A stretch of DNA of 64,000 nt from assembly GCA_027343665.1 (NCBI GenBank), contig DAHWKL010000002.1:109386-173385 (forward strand). The letters run 5' to 3'. The number at the start of each line of letters is the position of its first letter. Within the stretch, counting starts at the first letter, position 1. Position numbers and translations under genes: made by a program. This DNA comes from an archaeon. Lineage in GTDB: Archaea; Nanobdellota; Nanobdellia; Pacearchaeales; GW2011-AR1. The notes under the pieces are model-generated. The model was not told where the DNA came from. It did no database searches and saw only the letters and a list, made by a program, of their open reading frames with translations. Positions 9,261-18,142 of this stretch are shown here, in pieces.

Positions 9261-9758
9261 TTATTTATAAGACCTGTAAACCAGAGCTACGCCAAGAGCA
9301 ATCAAACCTAAAGCGCCCAAAAATAGTCCAGGAACTGAATTTGAAGATGAATTTGCTATCACATGACCGGAGACCGAGGAAAAATCAAAAGCGATTATTC
9401 CAACCCCAAAAAGGGCAAAGACGGCACCGATGATTCTTTTGAAAAGTTTGTAAGTGTCTCTGAAAGGATTTGGTTTTCCGAGAAGCTTAGATTGATTTCT
9501 GGATCCTGATCCTAGAACACGAGAGAGGTAATACTTAACTTCCGTAATTTTATTATTTTTATTTGTGTACCCTCTTACACTACCGTACTCAATCAACTTA
9601 CTTAAATTTTCATCGATATCCTTCAAAGTTGGAGCGGTTGAATATAAAGGTGTGACTAAATTTTTTATTTCAGCTTCTGTCAACCCATTTTCTTTGTCTT
9701 TCGCAAGAACCTTTAAAATATCTTTTTGAAGATCAGGCAAATTTTCAAGTCTTTTCAT
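9261..9758 (-). CDS. membrane-anchored winged-helix-like protein
   Basis: 165 aa. N-terminal HTH-like segment (LQKDILKVLAKDKENGLTEAEIKNLV) followed by two C-terminal hydrophobic helices. Confidence 0.45.
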   Translation of the reverse strand: MKRLENLPDLQKDILKVLAKDKENGLTEAEIKNLVTPLYSTAPTLKDIDENLSKLIEYGSVRGYTNKNNKITEVKYYLSRVLGSGSRNQSKLLGKPNPFRDTYKLFKRIIGAVFALFGVGIIAFDFSSVSGHVIANSSSNSVPGLFLGALGLIALGVALVYRSYK

Positions 9759-9779
9759 GAATTAAATAATCTTTGAAGA

Positions 9780-9787
9780 TATTTAAA
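9780..9787 (-). promoter_or_regulatory. TATA box for the 9758 gene (leaderless)
   Basis: Minus-strand TTTAAATA centred 25.5 nt upstream of the ATG at 9758. Confidence 0.5.
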
Positions 9788-9803
9788 GTTTATCAAAGGT
9801 AAC

Positions 9804-10670
9804 TTAAGGACTAGAGATTGTGGAATTATAACCATTATATAATGGGGCATTCCCTGCACTTTTCGCAGTCCCCCTTTTCTTCAAAAGAAGATATAAAACT
9901 GCTAAAAATATAACTAAAATACCAAAGACAATCATTCCGGAAGAAGATGCAACTATACCGATTATGATTAAGATTATACCCAGTATAAAAAATAAAGATT
10001 TTAACAAACCACCTTTGTTTCGGACAGCCTTTATCTTATTCCACTGTTCTGCACGTCGATCTTTCTTCCATTTTTTTAATGCTGCTCGCTTAGATTTAAA
10101 ATCCATCTGTTTATCAAGACTAAGCTCTTTGAAAGCTCTTCTCCTAAGTCCAAGATTGTGGATTATTAATGCAAGAATTATCAAAAATATCCCAAGAGTT
10201 AAGCCTGCACCTTGTTCATATATTATTCCTAGAAGCGAAATTCCAACAAAAAATATCCCTGCAAGAGCAAAAAAGGTTGCAATGAAATTCCTAAATCCAA
10301 ATTTCTTGAGAAGAAAAAGCGAAATAACAACCCCTACCATCCATAATATCGTCGGAAGTATGTCTGAACTTATACCCATGCTGTAAAGTAAATTTTCAAA
10401 TGAAAATCCTGTCGTGAAAATTCCATAAATTACAAATGAAGAAACACAAAGCGAGACTATAAACGAAACAGGTTTATTTCCATGAAAGATGCTTTTACCA
10501 AGAGCGAAATAAATTATTGCAAAAATTGCAACAAATAAGAGAGCATCAAGGTACATTCCGATATTAAGAGAAGAGAAAACTCCTCCGAAGTAAAAATCTC
10601 CAAAGCCCTGAGCAGAAACAAAGTTAAGTCCGATAATTAAAGGAAAAAATAAAGTCAGCCACTTTTTCAT
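9804..10670 (-). CDS. polytopic membrane protein, paralogue 1 (SAQGFGDFYFGG family)
   Basis: The track ORF starts at a TTG (10715). The ATG at 10670 (MKKWLTLFF) has a TATA-like box at 10692-10699, 25.5 nt upstream. About 50% identical by eye to the next gene over roughly 175 aa. It adds a basic cytosolic loop and two further TM helices. Confidence 0.65.
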   Translation of the reverse strand: MKKWLTLFFPLIIGLNFVSAQGFGDFYFGGVFSSLNIGMYLDALLFVAIFAIIYFALGKSIFHGNKPVSFIVSLCVSSFVIYGIFTTGFSFENLLYSMGISSDILPTILWMVGVVISLFLLKKFGFRNFIATFFALAGIFFVGISLLGIIYEQGAGLTLGIFLIILALIIHNLGLRRRAFKELSLDKQMDFKSKRAALKKWKKDRRAEQWNKIKAVRNKGGLLKSLFFILGIILIIIGIVASSSGMIVFGILVIFLAVLYLLLKKRGTAKSAGNAPLYNGYNSTISSP

Positions 10671-10723
10671 TTCAAAAATAAGTATTTCCGCCTTAAAAAC
10701 TTTCTCAGGAGCCAAGGCTTAAA

Positions 10724-11251
10724 TTAAGGGATAAATCTCCTTAAAATAAAAGATAGTATAAGCAAAATCCCCCCAATAACAATTCCAGCTCCTTGCTCGT
10801 ATATTATTCCTGTTAAAGAGAATATTATCAAAAGCAGACCTGAAAGAGCAACTAGCAGGGCGATGAAGTTCACAAATCCGAATTTTTGAATTAAGAAAAA
10901 AACTATCGCTACCCCAATTACCCAAAATATAATTGAAAGTAATCCTTGTGAAAGCCCAAGGCTATTTATAAGATTCTCAAGTGAAAAGCCGGTTGACAAT
11001 ACCCCATACATGACAAAAGACGAAACGGAAAATGAAACAACAAAACAGGTGCCTTCATTATCCTTGAGCTGACTTCTTTTAAGTGCAAAATGTACAAGGG
11101 CAAATACTCCGATAAAAAGCACAGCATCAAGGTACATTGAAAGATTGAAATATGAAAAAAGCCCCCCAAAATAAAAATCTCCGAATCCTTGCGCAGAAAC
11201 CATGTTGATATAAACTAAAAAAATAGTTAATAAAATTGGAATTTTTTTCAT
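10724..11251 (-). CDS. polytopic membrane protein, paralogue 2 (SAQGFGDFYFGG family)
   Basis: The ATG at 11251 (MKKIPILL) is supported by a TATA box at 11273-11280. Shares SAQGFGDFYFGG, YLDA(L/V)LF, GIIYEQGAG and other blocks with paralogue 1. Confidence 0.65.
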   Translation of the reverse strand: MKKIPILLTIFLVYINMVSAQGFGDFYFGGLFSYFNLSMYLDAVLFIGVFALVHFALKRSQLKDNEGTCFVVSFSVSSFVMYGVLSTGFSLENLINSLGLSQGLLSIIFWVIGVAIVFFLIQKFGFVNFIALLVALSGLLLIIFSLTGIIYEQGAGIVIGGILLILSFILRRFIP

Positions 11252-11272
11252 AAACACATCAAGATTATCTTT

Positions 11273-11280
11273 ATTATAAA
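11273..11280 (-). promoter_or_regulatory. TATA box for membrane paralogue 2 (leaderless)
   Basis: Minus-strand TTTATAAT centred 25.5 nt upstream of the ATG at 11251. Confidence 0.45.
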
Positions 11281-11294
11281 CATAACTAAAAAAA

Positions 11295-11675
11295 CTATTC
11301 ATACCTTTTCATCATCTCAATGAATATAAAAACAGATACAAACAGAACCCCGATAATTATAAGGGTTAAAGTGATTATATTTATCCCGGATCCGAGATAA
11401 TTCGAAATCATAAAATAACCTAAAACGATGAGCGGTATCAAGATTGCAAGAAATCTCCTGAACTCTGCCTTTTTCCTTTTTATAACACGCGGATGCTTTG
11501 GAATTTCAGCCTCTTTTATTTTCATGCCCTTTTTCTTTGATATTGAATATGAGGCAGATTCGTTATAGTTTTCAGCCTTATTTCTCTTTGACTTTCCTAA
11601 TAGCACCAAAAAAAGCAAAAATGCCATCATCTCAACAAAAGAAAGCTCTGCAAGTGCCGCAACTATAAAATCCAT
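11295..11675 (-). CDS. small membrane protein
   Basis: 126 aa. One N-terminal and two C-terminal hydrophobic helices flank a Lys/Arg-rich loop. Confidence 0.5.
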   Translation of the reverse strand: MDFIVAALAELSFVEMMAFLLFLVLLGKSKRNKAENYNESASYSISKKKGMKIKEAEIPKHPRVIKRKKAEFRRFLAILIPLIVLGYFMISNYLGSGINIITLTLIIIGVLFVSVFIFIEMMKRYE

Positions 11676-11750
11676 GAAAAAATTTGGAATAAGTTTTATT
11701 TAAGGTTTATTGGGATTAATAAGATATAAAGAAAGATATTTTAAAGATAA

Positions 11751-12554
11751 ATGTTTCAGCAGTTCATGGAACACAGATCGTTCAGTCTTTTAGGCAACAT
11801 TGCGATAGTGAATTTCCCGGAAAGAGCATCAGACGAAGAAAAGGCTGAATTCGCAAAAAACCTGCTTGAGAAAAACAGGAATGTGAAGACTGTCCTGGAA
11901 AAATCAGGAAAATTCCACGGAAGACTCAGAAAGCAGGAAACAAGATTTATCGCAGGGGTAAGAACAAAAGAAGTTCTTTACAAAGAAAATGGATGCGTAT
12001 TCAGATTTAATATAGATGAGACTTATTTTTCACCAAGACTGTCAAATGAAAGAAAAGAGATCGCGGGAAAAATAAAGAAAAACGATGAAGTTCTAGTAAT
12101 GTTTGCCGGAGTCGCACCTTTCCCTATAGTGATTGCAAAGAACGCCAAAGCGAAAAAAGTTTATTCGAATGAGCTTAACAGAAAAGCGAATGAGTATGCC
12201 AAAGATAATATTTCAAGGAATAAGCTTAAAGACAAAGTGGAACTTTTGCCCGGAGACATAAAGAGAGTCGCCTTGAAACTTCGAAATGATGGAAAAAAAT
12301 TTGAGGTCATTGTCATGCCACGTCCACAACTTAAAGATTCCTTTCTCAGGGAAGCTTTTGCACTTTCAAAGAAAGGGACAAAAATATATTATTACGATTT
12401 TTGCAAATCCGAAGATATACCTGAAAAGGTTAAGATGATAAAAGATGAAGCTCAAAAAGCAAAAAAGAAAATAAAGATTTTTAGTATAAAACATGCCGGG
12501 GAACTTTCACCTTCAAAAAGAAGGATAAGGGTGGATTTCAAAGTGGAAAATTGA
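11751..12554 (+). CDS. trm5: Trm5/Taw2-type (Met-10+ like) tRNA methyltransferase
   Basis: 267 aa. Carries FSLLGNIAIVNF, YFSPRLSNERKEI, the SAM site VMFAGVAPFPIVIAKN, NELN and GD blocks of the Trm5/Tyw2 family. Confidence 0.8.
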   Translation: MFQQFMEHRSFSLLGNIAIVNFPERASDEEKAEFAKNLLEKNRNVKTVLEKSGKFHGRLRKQETRFIAGVRTKEVLYKENGCVFRFNIDETYFSPRLSNERKEIAGKIKKNDEVLVMFAGVAPFPIVIAKNAKAKKVYSNELNRKANEYAKDNISRNKLKDKVELLPGDIKRVALKLRNDGKKFEVIVMPRPQLKDSFLREAFALSKKGTKIYYYDFCKSEDIPEKVKMIKDEAQKAKKKIKIFSIKHAGELSPSKRRIRVDFKVEN

Positions 12555-12555
12555 T

Positions 12556-12840
12556 ATGAAAGATGATACAATAACAGAAGAGAAACTGAAGAAATACTTC
12601 AGCGTGAGCGAGAAAGCTTTCGTAATAATAAATAAGAAGATAATAAAAGGCAAAGAAAAAGACGCAAAAGAGATAATTGCAATGGCTGGAAATTATATTT
12701 CAGATGCACACCATTTTTATGATAAAGAAGACTTTGTAAATGCCTTCGCCGCACTTAATTATGCTCATGGATGGATTGATTCTGGAGTGCGTCTTGGCAT
12801 TTTCGACGTTGATGACGATAAATTATTCACTATCCGATAA
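12556..12840 (+). CDS. DUF357-like small archaeal protein
   Basis: 94 aa. The helical pair YISDAHHFYDKEDFVNAFAALNYAHGWIDSGVRLG resembles DUF357. Starts 1 nt after the trm5 stop. Confidence 0.5.
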   Translation: MKDDTITEEKLKKYFSVSEKAFVIINKKIIKGKEKDAKEIIAMAGNYISDAHHFYDKEDFVNAFAALNYAHGWIDSGVRLGIFDVDDDKLFTIR

Positions 12841-13146
12841 ATTCAGTATTGCTTGGGTAATATAGACATCTTTAAAATGATTGTACACTCTTTCAGCTAA
12901 TTGCTTTCCATAATTTATTTCTTCCGGTGAAGTCTTATTTAAGGAATAATTATTTTCTATCAGGCTATCCAAACTTCTTCCAAAAATGCTGAATACTGCA
13001 GCCATCTCAACAGAGTCAAACTGCTCAGAAAAGATATAATATGGTGTACCTAAAGAATTCTCTTCATTAGTCCCAAAAAATAATTGATTAATATAAGTTC
13101 CAACAAGTTTGTCAAACTCATCCGAGTAGTTTTCACTCTTTTTCAT
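12823..13146 (-). CDS. hypothetical protein, downstream partner of the HerA-like ATPase
   Basis: The internal ATG (MKKSENYSDEF) lies 2 nt after the stop of the ATPase gene. 107 aa, no recognisable motif. Confidence 0.45.
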   Translation of the reverse strand: MKKSENYSDEFDKLVGTYINQLFFGTNEENSLGTPYYIFSEQFDSVEMAAVFSIFGRSLDSLIENNYSLNKTSPEEINYGKQLAERVYNHFKDVYITQAILNLSDSE

Positions 13147-13148
13147 TT

Positions 13149-14462
13149 TTATAATTCTTTTTTTTCGGGAACAGCCGAAGGAGCTTGACCACCATGCCAT
13201 GTAAAGCGCGGACGGACCCTCATCGGATAAATTCTCTCCGAATTGTCATCAAGAATTATAGCAGATCCTTTGAGTGAAGGAAGATCATTCATATAACCCT
13301 GGATTGTATCAGTAAGGTAACTTTGCATCATGCTGTTCAAAGCTCTCACATCCTGTTCTGAAGTCACCCTGTGAGAGATCACAAGGTCTGACTGCGTCAT
13401 CACATCTGTATGTATCTTTCCAGGCTGCTGCGTCGCAAGCACTATAGAAATCCCGGGCTGTCTTCCCTCCCTCAAAATTTGTATCAAAGCATCAGTCGAA
13501 ATTATCTTTTCATCCATTGGGAGAAATTCGTGAGCTTCATCGACAAAAAGCCAGACAAGAGGATAATCTTTTTTCTCAATAATCTCCGAATAATCAAGAC
13601 CTCTTGATATTGATTTTACTTCTTCTGTTCTTCTTTCCCTTGTTCTTTCCTCAAAAAGTTTTCTTGAAACAAGGCTTATCACAAGGGCTCGAACATTGAA
13701 AGCTCCTATAGAACTGTATGAGCTCAAATCAAGAACAGATGTCCTCCCTCCTTTAGCAAGATCCTTCGTAAGTGTTCCTCTTATTTTACCTTTTGCAAAT
13801 ATCCCCCATGTGTCTGCGGCTTCAAAAAGACCGACAGCGGCATTTATCGTTTCTTTTTCACTTTTTTTATCTTTATCCAAGACTTCAATTACATCTTTAA
13901 TCTCAAATCTTTTTTTCGACTCATTTAGAGAGGAAAGCGTCCTTTCAATAAGAGTCGAAACAGGATTTATCAGATTGAGGCCAAAAGTTGTGACCCAATC
14001 TTCAGCGGTGAGCTCTGAAGCTTCGAGCGCAAAGCTTTCATCCACAGGAATCCCTTTACTCACAAATTCATCGTAGTAACCAAAAGGAACAAAGACTCTC
14101 ACGGGAAGATTTGTCGGCTTCAGATCCCACTCCTCAAGGAGATCTTTGTCTTTTTCATTGCGATATTTCATTGTCCAGTAAATCCCCATTGTGTCAAAGA
14201 TAAGAGAGGCAATATTCTGAGACACTTCCTTTGGAAGACTTGAAATCTCCTCGGCAAGGACACCCAAGGTGTAGGATTTACCTGACCCTCTTTTTCCGGC
14301 AACAAGAATAACATGACTTCTGGCCACATCAAGATAAATTTTATTTGAAAGTGAAGTATATTGCCCCATTTTGACAAAACCTTTCCCTATGTAGATAAGC
14401 CCGCTTTTTCCAAGAGATTTCTTATCGGATTCGTTCCTGCCAAGAGTTATATCGTAGGGCAT
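13149..14462 (-). CDS. HerA/DUF87-type P-loop ATPase (short form)
   Basis: 437 aa. Walker A AGKRGSGKSYTLG, Walker B WLFVDEAHEF and an Arg-finger region QILREGRQPGISIVLATQ. No long HAS-barrel N-domain and no NurA neighbour. Confidence 0.75.
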   Translation of the reverse strand: MPYDITLGRNESDKKSLGKSGLIYIGKGFVKMGQYTSLSNKIYLDVARSHVILVAGKRGSGKSYTLGVLAEEISSLPKEVSQNIASLIFDTMGIYWTMKYRNEKDKDLLEEWDLKPTNLPVRVFVPFGYYDEFVSKGIPVDESFALEASELTAEDWVTTFGLNLINPVSTLIERTLSSLNESKKRFEIKDVIEVLDKDKKSEKETINAAVGLFEAADTWGIFAKGKIRGTLTKDLAKGGRTSVLDLSSYSSIGAFNVRALVISLVSRKLFEERTRERRTEEVKSISRGLDYSEIIEKKDYPLVWLFVDEAHEFLPMDEKIISTDALIQILREGRQPGISIVLATQQPGKIHTDVMTQSDLVISHRVTSEQDVRALNSMMQSYLTDTIQGYMNDLPSLKGSAIILDDNSERIYPMRVRPRFTWHGGQAPSAVPEKKEL

Positions 14463-14561
14463 TTATTAAGGAAGCAAAAGCTATTTTTAAGTTTTGGGAA
14501 TTTCCCCGAGCATGAATCTCCGAACCACAAACGTTTAAAAGCAACTTTTTCTTTTATATCT

Positions 14562-15281
14562 ATGGAGTTAAAAATTTTCAATCTCAACTGTTGGCTTCTT
14601 CCTCCGCCCTTTTCAGCAGAAAACAATGAAAGAATCAGAAAAATAATAAATCTCATAAAAAAGCATAACCCCGATATAATAACTTTGCAGGAAGTTTGGC
14701 TCAAAAAATACGCAAAAAAGATAAGAAACGGGCTGGAAGGTTACCTATTCTTCCAGTCTAGATCAAATATCTTTAATAAAAGCGGTCTCCTTTTTGGTAC
14801 AAAATTAAAACCAATCTCGTTTACAGAAGATTATTTTCCAGTCGAGAAAATACATAGTATACACGAAAAAATAGGGAAAAAAGGTTATCAGATAGCAGAA
14901 ATAAGGCCGGGATTTTATGTTATGAATACCCAACTTTACGCACCTGAAAAAAAAGGAGAGATAGAAATTTCAATTTCACAGTTCAGAATACTTGAGAAAA
15001 TATCAAGAGATAAAAGGACCATACTTTCCGGCGACTTGAATATACATGATGATCTTTTTGTGAAAATGAACAAAGCCTTCAAATACACACCGATTGGAAA
15101 ATTTACAGTATCATTGAAAAATAAATATGCCAACATGCGATTCAATAGACCACACCACGCGAATAAAACGATAGATTATATCATAGGTACAAAAAAGATG
15201 CATCATGTCAAGATAAAAGTTGTAAATCCGATCCAGGTTTCAGATCATTACGCCATGATTGGAAAGTTCAAAATAGATTAA
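14562..15281 (+). CDS. endonuclease/exonuclease/phosphatase (EEP) family protein
   Basis: The internal ATG (MELKIFNLNCW) is supported by a TATA box at 14534-14541. EEP motifs ITLQEVW, SGDLN and SDHY are present. The upstream part of the track ORF overlaps the herA-like gene. Confidence 0.75.
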   Translation: MELKIFNLNCWLLPPPFSAENNERIRKIINLIKKHNPDIITLQEVWLKKYAKKIRNGLEGYLFFQSRSNIFNKSGLLFGTKLKPISFTEDYFPVEKIHSIHEKIGKKGYQIAEIRPGFYVMNTQLYAPEKKGEIEISISQFRILEKISRDKRTILSGDLNIHDDLFVKMNKAFKYTPIGKFTVSLKNKYANMRFNRPHHANKTIDYIIGTKKMHHVKIKVVNPIQVSDHYAMIGKFKID

Positions 15282-16453
15282 TATTTCATAAGATATTCTA
15301 TCTCTTCCGCATCAAGTTTGAGCTGCTTTTGGACGAGCGAATTTTTGAGGATGTTACGAACTTCTTTCCATTCTTTCATAATCCTCTTTTCCCCTACATG
15401 AGTCGATGCAGAAAATTTCCCGGCAATTGTCTTTCTCTTTGCATGTTTCTGATTATTGAGCCATATCTTCAGGATCCTTTCTGGTTTAGAATATTTGTAA
15501 AATCCAGTTTTCTCTTTCTTTCCTTTAGCTTCTGAGATGCCATAACTCAAAAATGCATTTTCATAAACAAGAAACCTCCAATACTGCTGATGGTATATCC
15601 TGCCTTTGAAAAGATCAGCCTCACCAAGTCTCTCATATGCCCTGACAAGCTCTTTTCCTGAATAGACTCTAGGGATGTTCTCTTCTACCCAAAGCAAAAC
15701 ATCATCAAGAGGCATATCGACATTATCGAAGGCAGAAAGCATATTTTCGGAAACCTTATCCTGGAATATGTGTTTGAGAGTCTTGAAGATATCAACAGAC
15801 CTGTTCCTCTCATCTATATCAACAACTTCTGTTTCACCAATTTTTGAAGCGGATTCAAGATCATTTATAGCGCTCCTTAAGTCTCCGTTAGACTTCATTG
15901 CAATTCTATTAACAAGTTCTGCGTTGATTTTTGCATTCTCTTTTTTTATTATTGATGCGAGGATCTTTTTCACATCAGCAGGAGAAATCTCTTTCATTTC
16001 GATAATCTCACATTTTTTCCTTAAGGGAGCAAGTTTAGAGCTCCATGCATCATTTGCCGTGCAGATTATGGGATATTCAGATTCCTCTATAAGCGAAACA
16101 AGCTCTGTAACGCCCCCCCTGTCTTCACCAGATATTCCGTCAACTTCATCTATAAGTATAACCTTCCCAGATTCAAATAGTGATTTTTGCTCAAGAACAG
16201 GCTTAAGCCTTTCATTCAATGAGGATTTATTTCTCATATCAGAAGCATTTAGCTCATAAAGTTCATATTCCATATCGTAAGCAAGAACATGAGCAAGGGT
16301 CGTTTTTCCGGTTCCGGGGGGACCATTTAATATGACAGCTTTTTTCTTTAGCGGAAAATTCCTTAGGTAGTTCTCAAGCTTTTCAATTGCATTCTCCTGG
16401 CCTATCACTTCAGAAAGTTTTCTCGGCCTGTAAAATTCGCTCCAGTTTTTCAT
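15278..16453 (-). CDS. rfcL: replication factor C large subunit
   Basis: 391 aa. WSEFYRP, Walker [10 protein letters not shown], Walker B LIDEVDG and the clamp-loader box order. Confidence 0.9.
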   Translation of the reverse strand: MKNWSEFYRPRKLSEVIGQENAIEKLENYLRNFPLKKKAVILNGPPGTGKTTLAHVLAYDMEYELYELNASDMRNKSSLNERLKPVLEQKSLFESGKVILIDEVDGISGEDRGGVTELVSLIEESEYPIICTANDAWSSKLAPLRKKCEIIEMKEISPADVKKILASIIKKENAKINAELVNRIAMKSNGDLRSAINDLESASKIGETEVVDIDERNRSVDIFKTLKHIFQDKVSENMLSAFDNVDMPLDDVLLWVEENIPRVYSGKELVRAYERLGEADLFKGRIYHQQYWRFLVYENAFLSYGISEAKGKKEKTGFYKYSKPERILKIWLNNQKHAKRKTIAGKFSASTHVGEKRIMKEWKEVRNILKNSLVQKQLKLDAEEIEYLMKY

Positions 16454-16500
16454 TTTGCTTGTATAAAAGTTTAGTAATATGAATCTGTTTTGAAACCCAA

Positions 16501-17460
16501 TTATTTTCCAAGCCCAGCCAAAACAAAGCTTGCAATAAGTGCCTGAAGTTGTACAAAAGGATCTGAACCTTCCACGATTCTGAATTCAGCTTCACCCGTT
16601 TTTTCGGTCAGTTTCACCTTAAGTTCAGGCTCAACTTCAAGATTCCATATCTCTTTTTGCATTGATTTTATTATATCCTGGCCTGAAAGCGCTTCCTTAA
16701 GCATAAGGTCAAGAAGTTTATTTTTAGCATTCTCAAAATCCCCGGAAAGAGCATAATCAAGTATCACCCTCACCTCTTTAGGTTTAGCATCAGAAATAAT
16801 GGTCCCAACAAGTTCTTTTGTTATTTTTGGAGATATTGCAGCCAATGATTGCAGAAGATTCACTGAACGCCTGCAGTCTCCGTCGCTTCCTTCATATATT
16901 GCTTCAAGGGCTTCTTCACCTATTTCAAGATTCTCACCTTTTGCTATTCTTTCTATGACTTTTTTTACATCTTTTTTCTCAAGAAGTTTGAATCTGAAAA
17001 TAGCACACCTTGACTGTATGGGGTCAATTATCTTTGAGGAATAATTGCACGACATTATGAATCTGCAAGTTGAAGAATAATTCTCCATTGTCCTTCTCAA
17101 TGCCTGCTGGGCTTCAGGTGTAAGGGCATCAGCTTCATCAAGAAAGATTACTTTGAATGGAACATTTCCCAAAGACTTTGTTCTTGCAAAATCTTTCACT
17201 TTTTCGCGTACAATGTTTATCCCCCTTTCATCAGATGCATTTAGTTCAAGATAATTCTCTTTCCAGTTATCTCCGTAAAGTTCCTTGACAACTATAAGAG
17301 CAAGAGTTGACTTCCCTGTTCCTGCTGGACCGGCAAAAAGCAAATGAGGAATATTCATAGAATTGGTAAGAGATTTTACTCTCTTCAATATGGAATCCTG
17401 ACCAACCATCTCTTCGTACTTTTTAGGCCTGTATTTTTCCGTCCATATCTCACTTGACAT
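16501..17460 (-). CDS. rfcS: replication factor C small subunit
   Basis: 319 aa. WTEKYRP, GPAGTGKST, LDEADALT and the SRC motif (IQSRCAIFRF). Confidence 0.95.
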   Translation of the reverse strand: MSSEIWTEKYRPKKYEEMVGQDSILKRVKSLTNSMNIPHLLFAGPAGTGKSTLALIVVKELYGDNWKENYLELNASDERGINIVREKVKDFARTKSLGNVPFKVIFLDEADALTPEAQQALRRTMENYSSTCRFIMSCNYSSKIIDPIQSRCAIFRFKLLEKKDVKKVIERIAKGENLEIGEEALEAIYEGSDGDCRRSVNLLQSLAAISPKITKELVGTIISDAKPKEVRVILDYALSGDFENAKNKLLDLMLKEALSGQDIIKSMQKEIWNLEVEPELKVKLTEKTGEAEFRIVEGSDPFVQLQALIASFVLAGLGK

Positions 17461-17481
17461 GTTTATTTTAGGTTAGTCTGT

Positions 17482-17489
17482 CTTTTAAA
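17482..17489 (-). promoter_or_regulatory. TATA box for rfcS (leaderless)
   Basis: Minus-strand TTTAAAAG centred 25.5 nt upstream of the ATG at 17460. Confidence 0.5.
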
Positions 17490-17502
17490 GATTGCTTATT
17501 AT

Positions 17503-17940
17503 TCACAAAGAAGTACCTGGATATCTCCAATTTCCGTCAAAAAGTTCAAGGACTTGAAAATCTTCATAAACATAAAGCAATTTTGTAGTATCTCGTATAA
17601 AATTAAATGGGGCATATTGTAGGCCCGATTCCAGCTGTTTTCTCGCTTTTTCCCTGAATGGTTTTGCATCAACAGACTTGTACTCAACAAACGTACTGAT
17701 ATTCTTCCCAATAAAGATTAAATCCGGAGACATGACAGGGTTTCCATTTTGATCAAACAAGGAATATTCCCTTTTCACTTCCACAGATCCCTTTATTCCT
17801 ATAATCTCAGGATGTAAAATCATTGTAGAAAGTGCCAAAGAATGTTTTTCCTGCGGAGTTTTCTCAATTTTATATTTTTGAAATTTCTTAGGTATAGAGC
17901 GTATATCTTTTACAAGTTTATCAATCTCTTCAGGGGTCAT
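17503..17940 (-). CDS. hypothetical protein, possible PD-(D/E)XK nuclease fold
   Basis: 145 aa. SPDLIFIGKNISTFVEYKS matches the D-x(n)-E-x-K pattern, comparable to VDLVAGNGKKYLCIEVK of Hjc as I recall it. The N-terminal half is not Hjc-like. Confidence 0.35.
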   Translation of the reverse strand: MTPEEIDKLVKDIRSIPKKFQKYKIEKTPQEKHSLALSTMILHPEIIGIKGSVEVKREYSLFDQNGNPVMSPDLIFIGKNISTFVEYKSVDAKPFREKARKQLESGLQYAPFNFIRDTTKLLYVYEDFQVLELFDGNWRYPGTSL

Positions 17941-18004
17941 TTTTGATCATAAAATGAATGATATAGTGCAATATATATTTCACGATGTATATCTTACAAG
18001 AGAA

Positions 18005-18121
18005 CTATCTGGATCTTTCTCTTCTTATCTTTCTCTTACGTTTTTCTTTTCTGAGTCTTTTTCGCTGCCACTTCCATCTCATCTGATTTTTTTTCTTCCA
18101 GCGCCTTGAGCTTCTTTTCAT
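18005..18121 (-). CDS. rpl41e: ribosomal protein eL41-like hyper-basic peptide (38 aa), absent from the ORF track
   Basis: Hand translation gives MKRSSRRWKKKNQMRWKWQRKRLRKEKRKRKIRRERSR*. The RWKKK..MRWKW..KRLR pattern resembles eL41 (human [25 protein letters not shown]). A canonical AAACCTTTAAAAATA promoter lies 25.5 nt upstream. Confidence 0.6.
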   Translation of the reverse strand: MKRSSRRWKKKNQMRWKWQRKRLRKEKRKRKIRRERSR

Positions 18122-18142
18122 AGATTTTGGATGGAAAATTTA

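Noticed and set aside
17941-18004. Possible C/D-box sRNA (..AATGAATGATA.. and ..CTGGA..) in the spacer upstream of the 17940 gene.
   Set aside because: The boxes do not match RUGAUGA/CUGA exactly. There is no terminal stem and no C'/D' pair. The region is better explained as a promoter plus the 3' end of the eL41-like gene.
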